Positions 1-10,444 are shown, counted from the stretch's first letter. The stretch is DNA of 64,000 nucleotides from an uncultured Collinsella sp. (GCA_900542165.1 UQMM01000002.1:8012-72011), one strand, 5' to 3'. The notes: generated from the sequence alone by a model not told the origin. A program made the numbers and translations.

Positions 1-36
1 GGGGTGCCGCAAGGCGTAGAATATCGCCCACCTGTA

Positions 37-60
37 GGGGCCTGCAGCGATGCGGGCCCC
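37..60 (+). terminator. GC-rich hairpin directly upstream of the toxin-like ORF (possible type III TA internal terminator)
   Basis: GGGGCCTGCA-GCGA-TGCGGGCCCC: 10-bp stem with one G-U pair; no good U-tract follows. Confidence 0.5.
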
Positions 61-85
61 GCTTCGTATGAAGGGGGCGTAACCG

Positions 86-535
86 ATGAAGATCGTATCC
101 ATCTCTCAGGATTTCTTCGACCTCGTCGAGGGCGACCGCGAGCTCATGCTTAAGCACAATCGCCCCTGCATCGTGGTGGTGAGGCTGCGTTTCCGCGGGA
201 AGCGCAGGGACTTCGCCGTGCCGCTGCGTTCCAACATCGCCCCTAACGTGCCCAAAGACCAGTACTTTGCGTTGCCACCCCGCCCCACGACGCGCCCCGG
301 CTGCCGCCACGGCATCCACTACATCAAGATGTTCCCCATAACCAAGGCCTACCAGCGCCGCTTTAGGACCGAGGGCTCGGCCTACTACGAGACGCTCCAG
401 CGCATCATCGACGGCAACACCAAGCGCATTGTCTCCGAGTGCCAGGCATACCTCGACCGCTACGAGCGCGAGGGAAGGCCTCGCTTTGCCGTCGACATCG
501 ACCGCATCGTGGGGCTGCTGGAGGGCGAGAAGTAG
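86..535 (+). CDS. Putative type III toxin-antitoxin endoribonuclease toxin (ToxN/TenpN/CptN-like fold)
   Basis: 149 aa; motifs SQDFF, NRPC, FAVPLRSNI, KMFPI and C-terminal VDIDRI resemble type III toxins; purine-rich RBS upstream. Confidence 0.65.
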   Translation: MKIVSISQDFFDLVEGDRELMLKHNRPCIVVVRLRFRGKRRDFAVPLRSNIAPNVPKDQYFALPPRPTTRPGCRHGIHYIKMFPITKAYQRRFRTEGSAYYETLQRIIDGNTKRIVSECQAYLDRYEREGRPRFAVDIDRIVGLLEGEK

Positions 536-1075
536 GGCACCTGGGACATCAAGGTGATCACGGGGATGCGCCGCTCCAGCAAGTCCGAGCTCATGAAGGC
601 GTTCTCCACCTCCGTTGCTCGGAAGGACTCATCCTCCAACAACGTCTACATCGATCTGCTGGACCTCGACAACGAGCTACTGCTCGAGTGCCAGCGCTTC
701 ATCGCGAAATCATAGAGCGGCACAAAGAGGGCGCCCGCAACCGTCTCTTCATCGACGAGGTGCAGCTGTGTGAGGGGTTCGAGAAAGCAATTAACAGCAT
801 TCACGCGCGTGGCGGATGGGATATCTACCTCACGGGATCGAACGCGTTCCTCCTGAGTTCGGACCTGGCGACCCTGTTCACAGGGCGCCACGGGGAGGTA
901 CACATCCTCCCCTTCAGCTTCGGCGAATACCGCTTCTACTTTGACGAGCAGGGGGCCGTCGACGACGACTTCGACGGATTCATCAGGCGCGGCGGGCTCG
1001 CCGGGTCCTACGATTACGATGACATCTCGGAGTCGTACGGTTTCCTTCGGCGCGGGCGGATCACCCACCGCCGAT
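536..1075 (+). pseudogene. AAA_14/DUF4143-type ATP-binding protein remnant
   Basis: IKVITGMRRSSKS (degenerate Walker A) in one frame, then LFIDEVQ...IYLTGSNAFLLSSDLATLFTGR in another; no start codon, C-terminus missing. Confidence 0.75.
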
Positions 1076-2239
1076 CTAGAGGCACTCGGTCAGAATCTGA
1101 AACACCTCGCTGCGCTCCAGTTTCTTGGCGCAGCCGCCGGTGAGCACGCAGGTGTCCGCAACCTTGTGCAGCGTCTCGTCGGACGCGTCGGAGCCCATCT
1201 CGGCGAAGCTCGTGGGAAGCCCCATCTCGCCGATGAACGTCTGCAGGCGGTCGATGCCCTCGAGCGCCACCGTAAGGTCGTCTTTGCCCTTGGCGTCGAC
1301 GTCCCACACCTCGCGCGCCCAGCGGGCGAACTGCGCGGGCGCCTCGGGGGCCAGGTGGCGGTAGAGCGCAGGGTGGATGACCGCGAGGCCCATTCCGTGG
1401 TTGGTGTGGGTGTACGCGCCGTACTGGTGCTGGATCATGTGCGCCTGGAAGTCCGTTGACTTGCCGATCTTGAGCACGCCGTTCTCGGCCATGGCGGAGT
1501 CGTATACGAGCTCGCTTCTGGCATCGAGGTTCTGGTCGTCGTCCGCGATGAGGCGCATGTTGCTGATGACGTTACGCTGGATGGCGAGGTTGATGTCGTC
1601 GGTGACGTTGCGTCCGCGCGGGCTTCCGAAATAGCTCTCCATGCAGTGCGAGAGCGTGTCGAACGCGCAGCTCATGAACTGCGCGTGCGGTACGGTGAGC
1701 GTGAGTGCCGGGTCGAGCGCCGCCCACATGGGCATCGCCCCCAGATAGGCGCCCTTCACGTGCGTCTCCTCGTTGGTGATGACGGCGCCGTTGTTCTGCT
1801 CGGCACCCGTGCCGGAGAGCGTAACGATGCAGCCCATGGGGATGAACGAACTCGGCATCTTGCCGTCGGCGTGCTCGAACGTCTCGATGTCCTCGTCAAG
1901 CATCGCCTGCGCGGAGACTACCTTGCAGCAGTCGAAGACCGACCCGCCGCCGACGGCGAGAATGAAGTCGACCTGCTCCTCGCGTGCGAGCGCGGCGCCT
2001 TCCTGGCACTTCTCGTAGGTCGGATTGGGCATGATGCCGCCGAAGTCCACCACGCGCTTGCCCGCGCTCATGAGCTTATCGACCACGTGGCCGTAGACGC
2101 CGGTTCGTTTGACCGAGCCTCCGCCGTAGGCGAGCATCACTGTCTTGCCCATGGCACCCATCTCGGCGTCGAGTGCCTGGTCCATGGCCCCCTCGCCGAA
2201 GTAGTTCCTGACCGGGCAGTCGTACGTGAATGAGTTCAT
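1076..2239 (-). CDS. Iron-containing alcohol dehydrogenase (BdhA/YqhD-like)
   Basis: MNSFTYDCP start with GGAGG RBS; YGGGS, AVGGGSVFDCCK, TLSGTGAE and HGMGLA motifs. Confidence 0.9.
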   Translation of the reverse strand: MNSFTYDCPVRNYFGEGAMDQALDAEMGAMGKTVMLAYGGGSVKRTGVYGHVVDKLMSAGKRVVDFGGIMPNPTYEKCQEGAALAREEQVDFILAVGGGSVFDCCKVVSAQAMLDEDIETFEHADGKMPSSFIPMGCIVTLSGTGAEQNNGAVITNEETHVKGAYLGAMPMWAALDPALTLTVPHAQFMSCAFDTLSHCMESYFGSPRGRNVTDDINLAIQRNVISNMRLIADDDQNLDARSELVYDSAMAENGVLKIGKSTDFQAHMIQHQYGAYTHTNHGMGLAVIHPALYRHLAPEAPAQFARWAREVWDVDAKGKDDLTVALEGIDRLQTFIGEMGLPTSFAEMGSDASDETLHKVADTCVLTGGCAKKLERSEVFQILTECL

Positions 2240-2282
2240 AGCAATTCCTCCTAGTAAGTTATCAGTGCGGTCTGACGCTCGT

Positions 2283-3239
<957 letters not shown>

Positions 3240-3430
3240 CTATAACCCGCGGGCTCTAGGCGTCACCTCAAAGAGATCGGCGCCGAGCTCGTCGGCGATG
3301 GCCTGAGCTACGACAGCGGTGTGGCCCTGTGCCGAGTAGTAGGCCACGAGGACGTTGCCGTCTGCAGCGGGCACTGCGGCGGGCTCGTCCTCGACAGTCG
3401 ACTGGTCCTCGGCGGCGGCTTGGTTGGTCC
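3240..3430 (-). pseudogene. Flavodoxin N-terminal fragment
   Basis: Minus strand reads NVLVAYYSAQGHTAVVAQAIADELGADLFEVTP and then stops; no evident start codon. Confidence 0.7.
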
Positions 3431-3445
3431 GTTATCGTCTGAGCG

Positions 3446-4294
3446 CTACTCCTGCGAGTCGAAATCGGGGCGTATGGCCAGGTAGCCCGCGAGTGCTTCC
3501 TCAGTGGCGGTGTAGTAGGTCATGGTCCCGTCGAGCTTGGCAATCTCGGCCATCTCGTCTTCGGTGAGGGAGAAGTCGAAGATGTTCGCGTTGTCGGCGA
3601 TGTGGGCGGGGTTCTTGGAGCCGGGGATGATGGAGGTGCCCATCTGCACGTGCCAGCGCAGGATCACCTGGGCCGGGGTCTTGCCGTACTTCTCGGCGAG
3701 AGCGACGAAGACGGGCTCTTCCAGAAGACCTTTGTCGCCGTGGCCGAGCGGGTACCACGCCTCGATCACCGTGCCGTACGGCGCGAGGTAGGCGCGCAGG
3801 TCGCGCTGGGCGTGGTAGGGGTGGCGCTCAACGGTCACGAGCTGCGGCCTGATGTCGGCGACCTCGATGACCTCGGCGATCTTGTCTTGCGGGAAGTTGG
3901 AGAGGCCGAGGGCGCGCACCTTGCCCGCGCGGTACGCCTCCTCCATCGTGCGCCACGCGGCCAGGTAGTCGCCTACCGGCTGGTGCAGGATGAGCATGTC
4001 GACGTAGTCGAGCCCCAGGCGCTGGAGCGTGGCGTCCACCGCCGGCATGTCCGCGTCGTAGACACTCGGCCAGAGCTTGGTGGAGACGAAGATTTTGTCG
4101 CGCGCGATGCCGCTCTTGGCGATGGCACGGCCCACGGCGCGCTCGTTCATGTAGGCGTTGGCGGTGTCGATGTGCTCGTAGCCAGCCGCGAGCGCGGCGG
4201 TTGCGGCCGCCTCGGCCTCGGCCGGGGTCATGAGGAAGGTGCCCAAACCTTCGATGGGCATCTCTACGTCGTTGTTGAGCTTCAGATACTCCAT
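3446..4294 (-). CDS. Aldo/keto reductase
   Basis: GYEHIDTANAYMNERAVG, STKLW, LHQP, IPGS motifs; AGGAGG RBS. Confidence 0.93.
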   Translation of the reverse strand: MEYLKLNNDVEMPIEGLGTFLMTPAEAEAAATAALAAGYEHIDTANAYMNERAVGRAIAKSGIARDKIFVSTKLWPSVYDADMPAVDATLQRLGLDYVDMLILHQPVGDYLAAWRTMEEAYRAGKVRALGLSNFPQDKIAEVIEVADIRPQLVTVERHPYHAQRDLRAYLAPYGTVIEAWYPLGHGDKGLLEEPVFVALAEKYGKTPAQVILRWHVQMGTSIIPGSKNPAHIADNANIFDFSLTEDEMAEIAKLDGTMTYYTATEEALAGYLAIRPDFDSQE

Positions 4295-4376
4295 GGTCTC
4301 CTCCTTAATGGTGACTTTTCGAATACAAGGCTACGGCGTTTACTGACGTGCGAGAAGTTCACGTTGGAATGATGGA

Positions 4377-4393
4377 TATAACCATGGGGTATA
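4377..4393. promoter_or_regulatory. Probable LysR-type operator between divergent AKR and LysR genes
   Basis: Dyad TATAACCATGGGGTATA containing T-N11-A; similar CTATAAC half-sites at about 3215 and 3240 upstream of the other AKR. Confidence 0.5.
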
Positions 4394-4423
4394 TACGGCA
4401 CATAATGCGTGACAGGAGGATCG

Positions 4424-5323
4424 ATGTACAACCCACAGCTTGACACTTTCATCCGCGTGGCGGAGGCGGGCAGTTTCTCCAAGGCGGCGCAAGAGTCCTT
4501 CATCACGCCCACGGCCGTCATCAAGCAGATGAACCTGCTGGAGTCGCGGCTAGGCCTTACGCTGTTCCACCGATCGCATCAGGGGCTTTCACTTACGCGA
4601 GCAGGCAGGTCGCTGCTCGCCGACGCCCACCATATCGTGCAGTACTCTCAAGAATCAATCGCGCGCGCCCGCGTCGCCGAGCGCGGAGAGAAGCGCATCA
4701 TCCGCGTGGGAGTGTCGCTCATGACGCCCAGCACGCCGCTCACGAAGCTGTGGCCGAAGGTGAAGGAACGTTGCCCTGGCATGAGCCTTCAGGTGGTCAC
4801 GTTTGAAAACACACCCTCGGCGGCGCGCGGTTTGGCGAACCTCGGGCAAGACATGGATATCGTGGTGGGGATTTTCGACGATGCCTTTCTTAAAGAGCGC
4901 GGGTGCCTGGGCCTCGAGCTTTCGCGCGAGCCGCTCTGGTGCGCCGTTCCCGTCGACAGCGAACTCGCCAAACGCGACATCGTCACATTCGACGACCTCC
5001 ACAATCACAGTCTTATGCTTATACGCCGGGGCTGGAACGCCGAAATCGACCGCGTGCGCGACGAGATACTCTTGCATCATCCTCAAATCGCGCTCGTAGA
5101 CTTCCCGCAATATCGGGCGGAGGTGTTCAATCGCGGCGCGAACGAGGACCTCGCGCTTGCGACGTTGCCGTTGTGGGCCAACGTCCACCCCATGCTCAAA
5201 ACCGTCCCTACCGATTGGAACTGTCTCGTGTCTTACGGACTGCTTCATTCGCTGCAGCCCGCAGACCATGTGCGGGAGTTCCTCGATGCGGTGTCTGCCG
5301 TGCTCGAGGCAGAGTATCGATAG
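4424..5323 (+). CDS. LysR-family transcriptional regulator
   Basis: N-terminal HTH (FIRVAEAGSFSKAAQ...LESRLGLTLFHRS); AGGAGG RBS; divergent from AKR. Confidence 0.93.
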   Translation: MYNPQLDTFIRVAEAGSFSKAAQESFITPTAVIKQMNLLESRLGLTLFHRSHQGLSLTRAGRSLLADAHHIVQYSQESIARARVAERGEKRIIRVGVSLMTPSTPLTKLWPKVKERCPGMSLQVVTFENTPSAARGLANLGQDMDIVVGIFDDAFLKERGCLGLELSREPLWCAVPVDSELAKRDIVTFDDLHNHSLMLIRRGWNAEIDRVRDEILLHHPQIALVDFPQYRAEVFNRGANEDLALATLPLWANVHPMLKTVPTDWNCLVSYGLLHSLQPADHVREFLDAVSAVLEAEYR

Positions 5324-5444
5324 GCAATCGCGAACAGATGCGCTTATGCCTATGGGAATAACGGGAACTGGCTTCTGAGCTTGCGTTTTGATACCGTCGA
5401 GTACCGCCTGATGCTGTTTCGGCGTCGCCATAGAGCAAGGTCCC

Positions 5445-5584
5445 TTGAGCATCGGACGGCATTATTGAGCGTGGGCGTTACGTAGGTATCTTTGATCTCT
5501 TCCGGCAAATCGTCGGGGATCAGCGCCTTCATTCTATTCTCGTTGCCATCCTGAATCGCCTGGTCGTAGTACCAGCATTTGAAC
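5445..5584 (-). pseudogene. 3' remnant of a MerR regulator paralogous to 7321-7761
   Basis: FKCWYYDQAIQDGNE...KALIPDDLPEEIKDTY; co-linear with 7304-7444, including an identical 17-nt downstream stretch. Confidence 0.8.
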
Positions 5585-5603
5585 CTCTGGTGCTCATCGC
5601 CGG

Positions 5604-5864
5604 CTACTTAAGTGCTTTCGCCGCCTCGCGGGCGCGCCGCTTGGGGTTCTTCGCGGGCTTGCTTGCCTCAGCCGGCTTGCCACCGAAGAACGAGAGCTTC
5701 TCCCATTTGCCGACAACGAATTGCAGAATCTCCTCATCGGACGGCTCCGCGCCGAAGACGATGCGGGCGACGCCGTACCTTCCGCCCCCGACATGCTCCG
5801 CCAGCCCGACCCAGAATTGGCCGTCCTGATATACGGTCAGGGTGGACGACACGCTGATCTGCAT
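5604..5864 (-). pseudogene. yjdF: YjdF (DUF2992) family protein, probably C-terminally truncated
   Basis: LTVYQDGQFWVG...VARIVFGAEPSDEEI...KNPKR motifs; only 86 aa; upstream yjdF riboswitch. Confidence 0.75.
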
Positions 5865-5895
5865 GGCTGGTTCCTCCTTTATGTAGACGACCATG

Positions 5896-5983
5896 CAGAG
5901 AAGGGACAACCAAGGAGGCAGGTTACTGATGCGGACTCCCGCACGCCCACGACTACCCGATGTAGACTGTGTTTTCATCTCTG
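5896..5983 (-). ncRNA. yjdF (azaaromatic-sensing) riboswitch
   Basis: Minus strand CAGAGAUGAAAACAC...GGUAGUC...CAGUAACCUGCCUCCUUGGUUGUCCCUUCUCUG matches conserved yjdF motif segments, closed by P1 CAGAGA/UCUCUG, directly 5' of yjdF. Confidence 0.85.
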
Positions 5984-6072
5984 GTGCCCGCATTGTAGAA
6001 CGCGCGGACGTGCCCTTCATCGCTGCCGACATGACGTGGCTGGGGCTTACCCCTCCGACGCGTCTTTGCGCA

Positions 6073-6131
6073 TATTCCCACTCGGTTTCGAAACTTCAAA
6101 AAAATTCAAGTTTCGAAACCGAGTGGGAATA
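6073..6131. repeat. Perfect 24-bp inverted repeat with 11-nt spacer
   Basis: TATTCCCACTCGGTTTCGAAACTT / AAGTTTCGAAACCGAGTGGGAATA. Confidence 0.9.
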
Positions 6132-6159
6132 ATTCCGTTTAAAAGAGCATTAGTTGTTA

Positions 6160-6197
6160 AAAGTGCCCTGTGGTATCACGGGGCACTTCTCTTTTTT
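6160..6197 (+). terminator. Intrinsic terminator-like hairpin with no evident upstream gene
   Basis: AAGTGCCCTGTG-GTAT-CACGGGGCACTT followed by CTCTTTTTT. Confidence 0.6.
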
Positions 6198-6585
6198 GTA
6201 TCGTATCGGTTTTCTGCAGCAAGTCGTCTGAGCTCATGGTTGCTGTGAGCTCAGACAACGCTGGATATCGGGGCATCAATTTTTCAGGGGTGTCCCTTTA
6301 TGAGCAATTATTCGCGTAGCTAGCCTTGATATTAAGTTTAAATTCAGCAAAGATTACATTGACGTTCGGTACCCATTTAATAACCAGTTGAGCTTCTTGG
6401 TACCCATAGGGGCATTTGACCTGGTGCTTTCGTTATTCTTACCGAAGCAGTTCCGATGGGTAGTTTTATGGATCACATAATCGGAGGGCTTGCCGGAATC
6501 TGCCACATTATCTTAACAATTGGGCTTGCCTTTCTGTTCCATGCCTTCATTGAACCAGCAGAAAACAACTAACGAGGAGGAACTT

Positions 6586-7044
6586 ATGATTGGACAGATC
6601 TACCATGTGGGATTGACTGTCAGCGACCTGGGCCGTTCCGTGGCGTTTTATCGGGATGTGCTGGGCCTTCAGTATCAGGGGGAGCTCCTGATGGAGGGCA
6701 AAGAGACGGAGGCAATGTTCCGGCGAGAAAACTGCAAGGCTCGGGTTGCTTATCTGAACGGCTCGGATCAGCTGCATATGCCGCCGGTGGAACTAATCCA
6801 GTTTGTGGAGGATGAAATTCACCGCAAGCCCGCGGATCTTTTCACAACTTCCATATCAGAACTTTGCTTCTATGCAGAGGATGCCGATGCGGTCTATCAA
6901 AAACTGGTGGAGCAGGGTGTGGAGTGTTTCTCCGCTCCCCAGATATTTGATTTTCGGCAGGATGGCTTTGGCCGGAGCAGAGCCTTCTACTTTCGGGATC
7001 CAGATGGAATCATATTAGAAATCATGCAGCCGCTGGACAAGTGA
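6586..7044 (+). CDS. VOC/glyoxalase family protein
   Basis: HVGLTVSDLGRSVAFYRDVLG and FYFRDPDGIILE motifs; GAGGAGG RBS. Confidence 0.9.
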   Translation: MIGQIYHVGLTVSDLGRSVAFYRDVLGLQYQGELLMEGKETEAMFRRENCKARVAYLNGSDQLHMPPVELIQFVEDEIHRKPADLFTTSISELCFYAEDADAVYQKLVEQGVECFSAPQIFDFRQDGFGRSRAFYFRDPDGIILEIMQPLDK

Positions 7045-7150
7045 TCTTTTGCCCCAGCGGATGTAGCGGTCGATCCATTTCGCCAACAGGCCCTTTCTGC
7101 CCGGATACCCCAGGGCTCGCTGGATGGCTGTCATGCGCTTCCCATTTCGC
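7045..7150 (-). mobile_element. Possible IS3-family transposase remnant
   Basis: Minus frame NGKRMTAIQRALGYPGRKGLLAKWID resembles the RALGYP...WID segment of actinobacterial IS3 transposases (recalled, not searched). Confidence 0.4.
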
Positions 7151-7320
7151 TAAACAAGCGTCAAAGAGGATTATCGATCGTTTCGGCATCGCCACTGAAC
7201 TGCGCTATCAGCAAAGTGGCAGGAATAAAGGCCTCCGAATCTTCTGGTTCGGCGGCCTTCTTTTTTCATTGTTACCCGAAAAAGAACTCCTTGACGAACT
7301 CCTTTGAGCATCGGACGGCA

Positions 7321-7761
7321 CTATCGAGCGTGAGCGTTTTCGTAGGCCTCTTTGATTCCTTCTGGCAAGCCGTCGGGAATCAGTGCCTTCAGCTCAGCCT
7401 CGCTGTTGCCCTGATTCAGCTGCCCGTAGTACCAGCATTTGAACTTCAACATGTCCAGCGCGCGGTTCATGCTCTCGATCTCCGACTCCATATGGGCCTT
7501 ACGCTCCTCGAACATGGCCTTGCGCTGGGGGTAAGTGGACGGGCCCTCCGCACACCATTCCATGAACAGACGGATGTCCTTGATCTCCATCTCCGCTTTC
7601 TTCAGGCATTCGATGACTCGAAGCGCCTCGAGTTCCGTGTCGCCGAATCGACGAAAGCCGGACGTCCGCTCCAGCCCCGGGAACAATCCCTGCTTGTCGT
7701 AATACCGCAGCGTTGAGGCGGGCAAGCCGAACATTTCCGCCACCTGTCCGATTGTGTACAT
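7321..7761 (-). CDS. MerR-family regulator (AdhR/NmlR-like)
   Basis: MYTIGQVAEMFGLPASTLRYYDKQGLFP HTH; VIECLK cysteine. Confidence 0.92.
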   Translation of the reverse strand: MYTIGQVAEMFGLPASTLRYYDKQGLFPGLERTSGFRRFGDTELEALRVIECLKKAEMEIKDIRLFMEWCAEGPSTYPQRKAMFEERKAHMESEIESMNRALDMLKFKCWYYGQLNQGNSEAELKALIPDGLPEGIKEAYENAHAR

Positions 7762-7792
7762 GGCCCCTCCGAATAAATCTCGAATTCACTCC

Positions 7793-7823
7793 TTGACCTA
7801 AAGTCAGGTTTAGGTATTACCTT
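7793..7823 (+). promoter_or_regulatory. MerR-type promoter/operator
   Basis: TTGACC-19 bp-TACCTT with dyad ACCTAAA-N6-TTTAGGT overlapping the -35 and spacer. Confidence 0.8.
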
Positions 7824-8029
7824 CATTCTCGTCAATATAAATCGGTAGCGCAAGGGGTGATCCGTAATGGGCAAAACGGTTTTCGCCGGCGGCGTGAGCG
7901 GTGTGGGCGATATCGCCGGGCATCCCGCTCTGGAACGGGCGCGACGAATGGGCATGGAAATCTTGGCGGGCTACTTAGCCGCGCGGAGACGGATTCGTGT
8001 CCAGAACCATCGATAGGAGGAAATCGATC

Positions 8030-8794
8030 ATGGCAATTAAACAGACGGCGGGCAGAGACGCCCTGGGGGATTTTGCCCCCAAATTTGCACAGCTCAATGA
8101 CGATGTGCTGTTCGGCGAGGTATGGAGCCGAGAAGACAGGCTTTCCCTTCGAGACCGCAGCGTGGTGACGGTGGTTGCCTTGATGGCACAGGGGCTGACG
8201 GACTCCTCGTTCCAATATCATCTGATGTCCGCAAAGAACAACGGGGTGACTAGGGCTGAGATAGCGGAAATCCTTACGCATGCGGCGTTTTATGCGGGAT
8301 GGTCCAAGGCGTGGGCGGCCTTTCGCATGGCGAAGGAGGTCTGGGCAGATGATGATGCCGCTGATGCAAGAGCTGAGCATCAAAACGAGATGGCCTTTCC
8401 TATCGGTGTCCCCAACGACGCGTTTGCGAAGTACTTTATCGGGCAAAGCTACCTCGCGCCCCTTTCCACCGAGCAAGTCGGCGTTTACAATGTGACGTTT
8501 GAGCCCGGCTGCCGCAACAACTGGCATGTCCATCACGCCAAAAGCGGTGGCGGACAGATCCTCGTCTGCGTGGCCGGTCGAGGGCTTTACCAGGAATGGG
8601 GTAAACCGGCACAGGAACTGCGCCCTGGCGACGTGGTCAACATCGCCCCGGGTGTGAAACATTGGCACGGTGCGGCGCCCGACAGCTGGTTCTCCCATCT
8701 CGCGGTGGAGGTTCCGGGCGAGGAGGCCTCCAACGAGTGGTTGGAGCCCGTGGACGACGAGCAATACCTTAAAGCGATTGACGGGAAGGCTTAG
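8030..8794 (+). CDS. Carboxymuconolactone decarboxylase-family / cupin fusion protein
   Basis: LNDDVLFGEVWSR...HAAFYAGW (CMD) plus VTFEPGCRNNWHVH...HWHGA (cupin). Confidence 0.9.
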   Translation: MAIKQTAGRDALGDFAPKFAQLNDDVLFGEVWSREDRLSLRDRSVVTVVALMAQGLTDSSFQYHLMSAKNNGVTRAEIAEILTHAAFYAGWSKAWAAFRMAKEVWADDDAADARAEHQNEMAFPIGVPNDAFAKYFIGQSYLAPLSTEQVGVYNVTFEPGCRNNWHVHHAKSGGGQILVCVAGRGLYQEWGKPAQELRPGDVVNIAPGVKHWHGAAPDSWFSHLAVEVPGEEASNEWLEPVDDEQYLKAIDGKA

Positions 8795-8796
8795 GC

Positions 8797-9768
8797 ATGG
8801 AGCAGTTGAAACTGACGCAGGAATGGGACAAGGTATTCCCCAAAAGCGACAAGGTTGAGCACAGCAAGGCGACCTTCCACAACCGATACGGCATCACGCT
8901 GGCTGCCGACGTGTACGTGCCTAAGAACGCGGAAGGCAAGCTGCCCGCCATCGCCGTTAGCGGCCCGTTTGGCGCGGTGAAAGAGCAGTCCTGCGGTCTG
9001 TACGCGCAGAAGATGGCGGAGCTGGGATTTTTCGCAATTGCCTTTGACCCGTCCTATACCGGCGAGAGCGGCGGCACGCCCCGCTATGTAGCATCGCCGG
9101 ACATCAACACCGAGGACTTTTGCGCAGCGGTGGATTTCCTCTCTGTGCAGGAAAGCGTTGACCCGGAGCGTATCGGCATCATCGGTATCTGCGGTTGGGG
9201 CGGCATGGCAGTCAATGCGGCAGCCATCGACACCCGTATCAAAGCTACCGCGGCTATGACCATGTACGATATGACCCGCGTGACCGCAAACGGCTATTTT
9301 GACGCCGAGGATTCCAAGCAGGCGCGCTTTGAAAAGCGGAAAGCGCTGAACGCGCAGCGCACCGAGGACTATAAAAACGGCAGCTATGCGCTGGCGGGCG
9401 GCGTGGTCGATCCGCTACCGGAGGATGCGCCGCAGTTTGTAGCGGACTATTATGCCTACTACAAAACTCCGCGAGGCTATCATCCCCGCAGCCTGAACTC
9501 CAACGGTGGCTGGAATGCGACGTCTTCGCTGTCATTTTTGAATATGCCGATTTTGCAATACAGCAGCGAAATCCGCTCTGCTGTGTTGCTGGTGCATGGC
9601 GAGAAGGCGCACTCCCGCTATTTCAGCGAAACCGCGTACGGCAAGCTGACGGGGGACAACAAGGAATTGCTCATTATCCCTGGTGCCAGCCACACCGACC
9701 TTTACGATCAGATGGACATCATTCCGTTTGGAAAGCTGAAGGCATTCTTTGAGGAATATCTGAAATAA
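8797..9768 (+). CDS. Alpha/beta hydrolase (YcjY-like, Cys nucleophile)
   Basis: GPFGAVKEQ, GICGWGG, HTDLYD motifs. Confidence 0.88.
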   Translation: MEQLKLTQEWDKVFPKSDKVEHSKATFHNRYGITLAADVYVPKNAEGKLPAIAVSGPFGAVKEQSCGLYAQKMAELGFFAIAFDPSYTGESGGTPRYVASPDINTEDFCAAVDFLSVQESVDPERIGIIGICGWGGMAVNAAAIDTRIKATAAMTMYDMTRVTANGYFDAEDSKQARFEKRKALNAQRTEDYKNGSYALAGGVVDPLPEDAPQFVADYYAYYKTPRGYHPRSLNSNGGWNATSSLSFLNMPILQYSSEIRSAVLLVHGEKAHSRYFSETAYGKLTGDNKELLIIPGASHTDLYDQMDIIPFGKLKAFFEEYLK

Positions 9769-9913
9769 GGCGTGCCTCGATTCAATGCCAAGTCTCCAGC
9801 AACGATTCTTCTAAAGAGTGGGAGTAGCTGAAACGAGGTGCTTGAATAGCTCCATCCGTTTTGGCTACAAGAAAACATGCCGCGCGCCTGCGGCATGAAG
9901 GAGGGAGATTTCT

Positions 9914-10444
9914 ATGAATATCGTTGTATTGAGTGGCAGCCCGCGCAAGGGCGCCAATACCGACACCATGGTCGAGGCGTTTGCTGAGACCGCGCGTGAG
10001 GGTGGCCATACGGTCGAGGTCATCCGCGTTGCCAGTAAGAAAATCGCTGGTTGTCTGGGGTGTCAGTATTGCTTCGCCCACGAGGGCACTTGCGTGCAGA
10101 AGGATGACATGGCCAACGTGATCGAGTCGCTGAAAGACGCCGACATGGTTGTCTTCGCTTCGCCTATCTACTGGTTTGATATCACTGCGCAGGAGAAGGC
10201 CGCCATCGATCGCCTATACGCCTTCGGTGCTACGGGCTTCCCGTTCACCAAGACGGCCCTTTTGCTCGATAGCCACAGCGCGGGCGTCTATGATGCGGCG
10301 ATCGCTATGTACAAGTCGACCTGCGCGTACTGCAAGTGGGAGGACCAGGGCATTGTCGCCATCAGCGGTATGACCGAGCGCGATAGCATGGCATCGTCGC
10401 CCAAGTTGGAAGAGGTGCGAGAGCTCGCTCGCAAGCTCGCCTAA
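9914..10444 (+). CDS. Iron-sulfur flavoprotein / NADPH-dependent FMN reductase family
   Basis: GSPRKGANT, CLGCQYC...C, ASPIYW motifs. Confidence 0.88.
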   Translation: MNIVVLSGSPRKGANTDTMVEAFAETAREGGHTVEVIRVASKKIAGCLGCQYCFAHEGTCVQKDDMANVIESLKDADMVVFASPIYWFDITAQEKAAIDRLYAFGATGFPFTKTALLLDSHSAGVYDAAIAMYKSTCAYCKWEDQGIVAISGMTERDSMASSPKLEEVRELARKLA

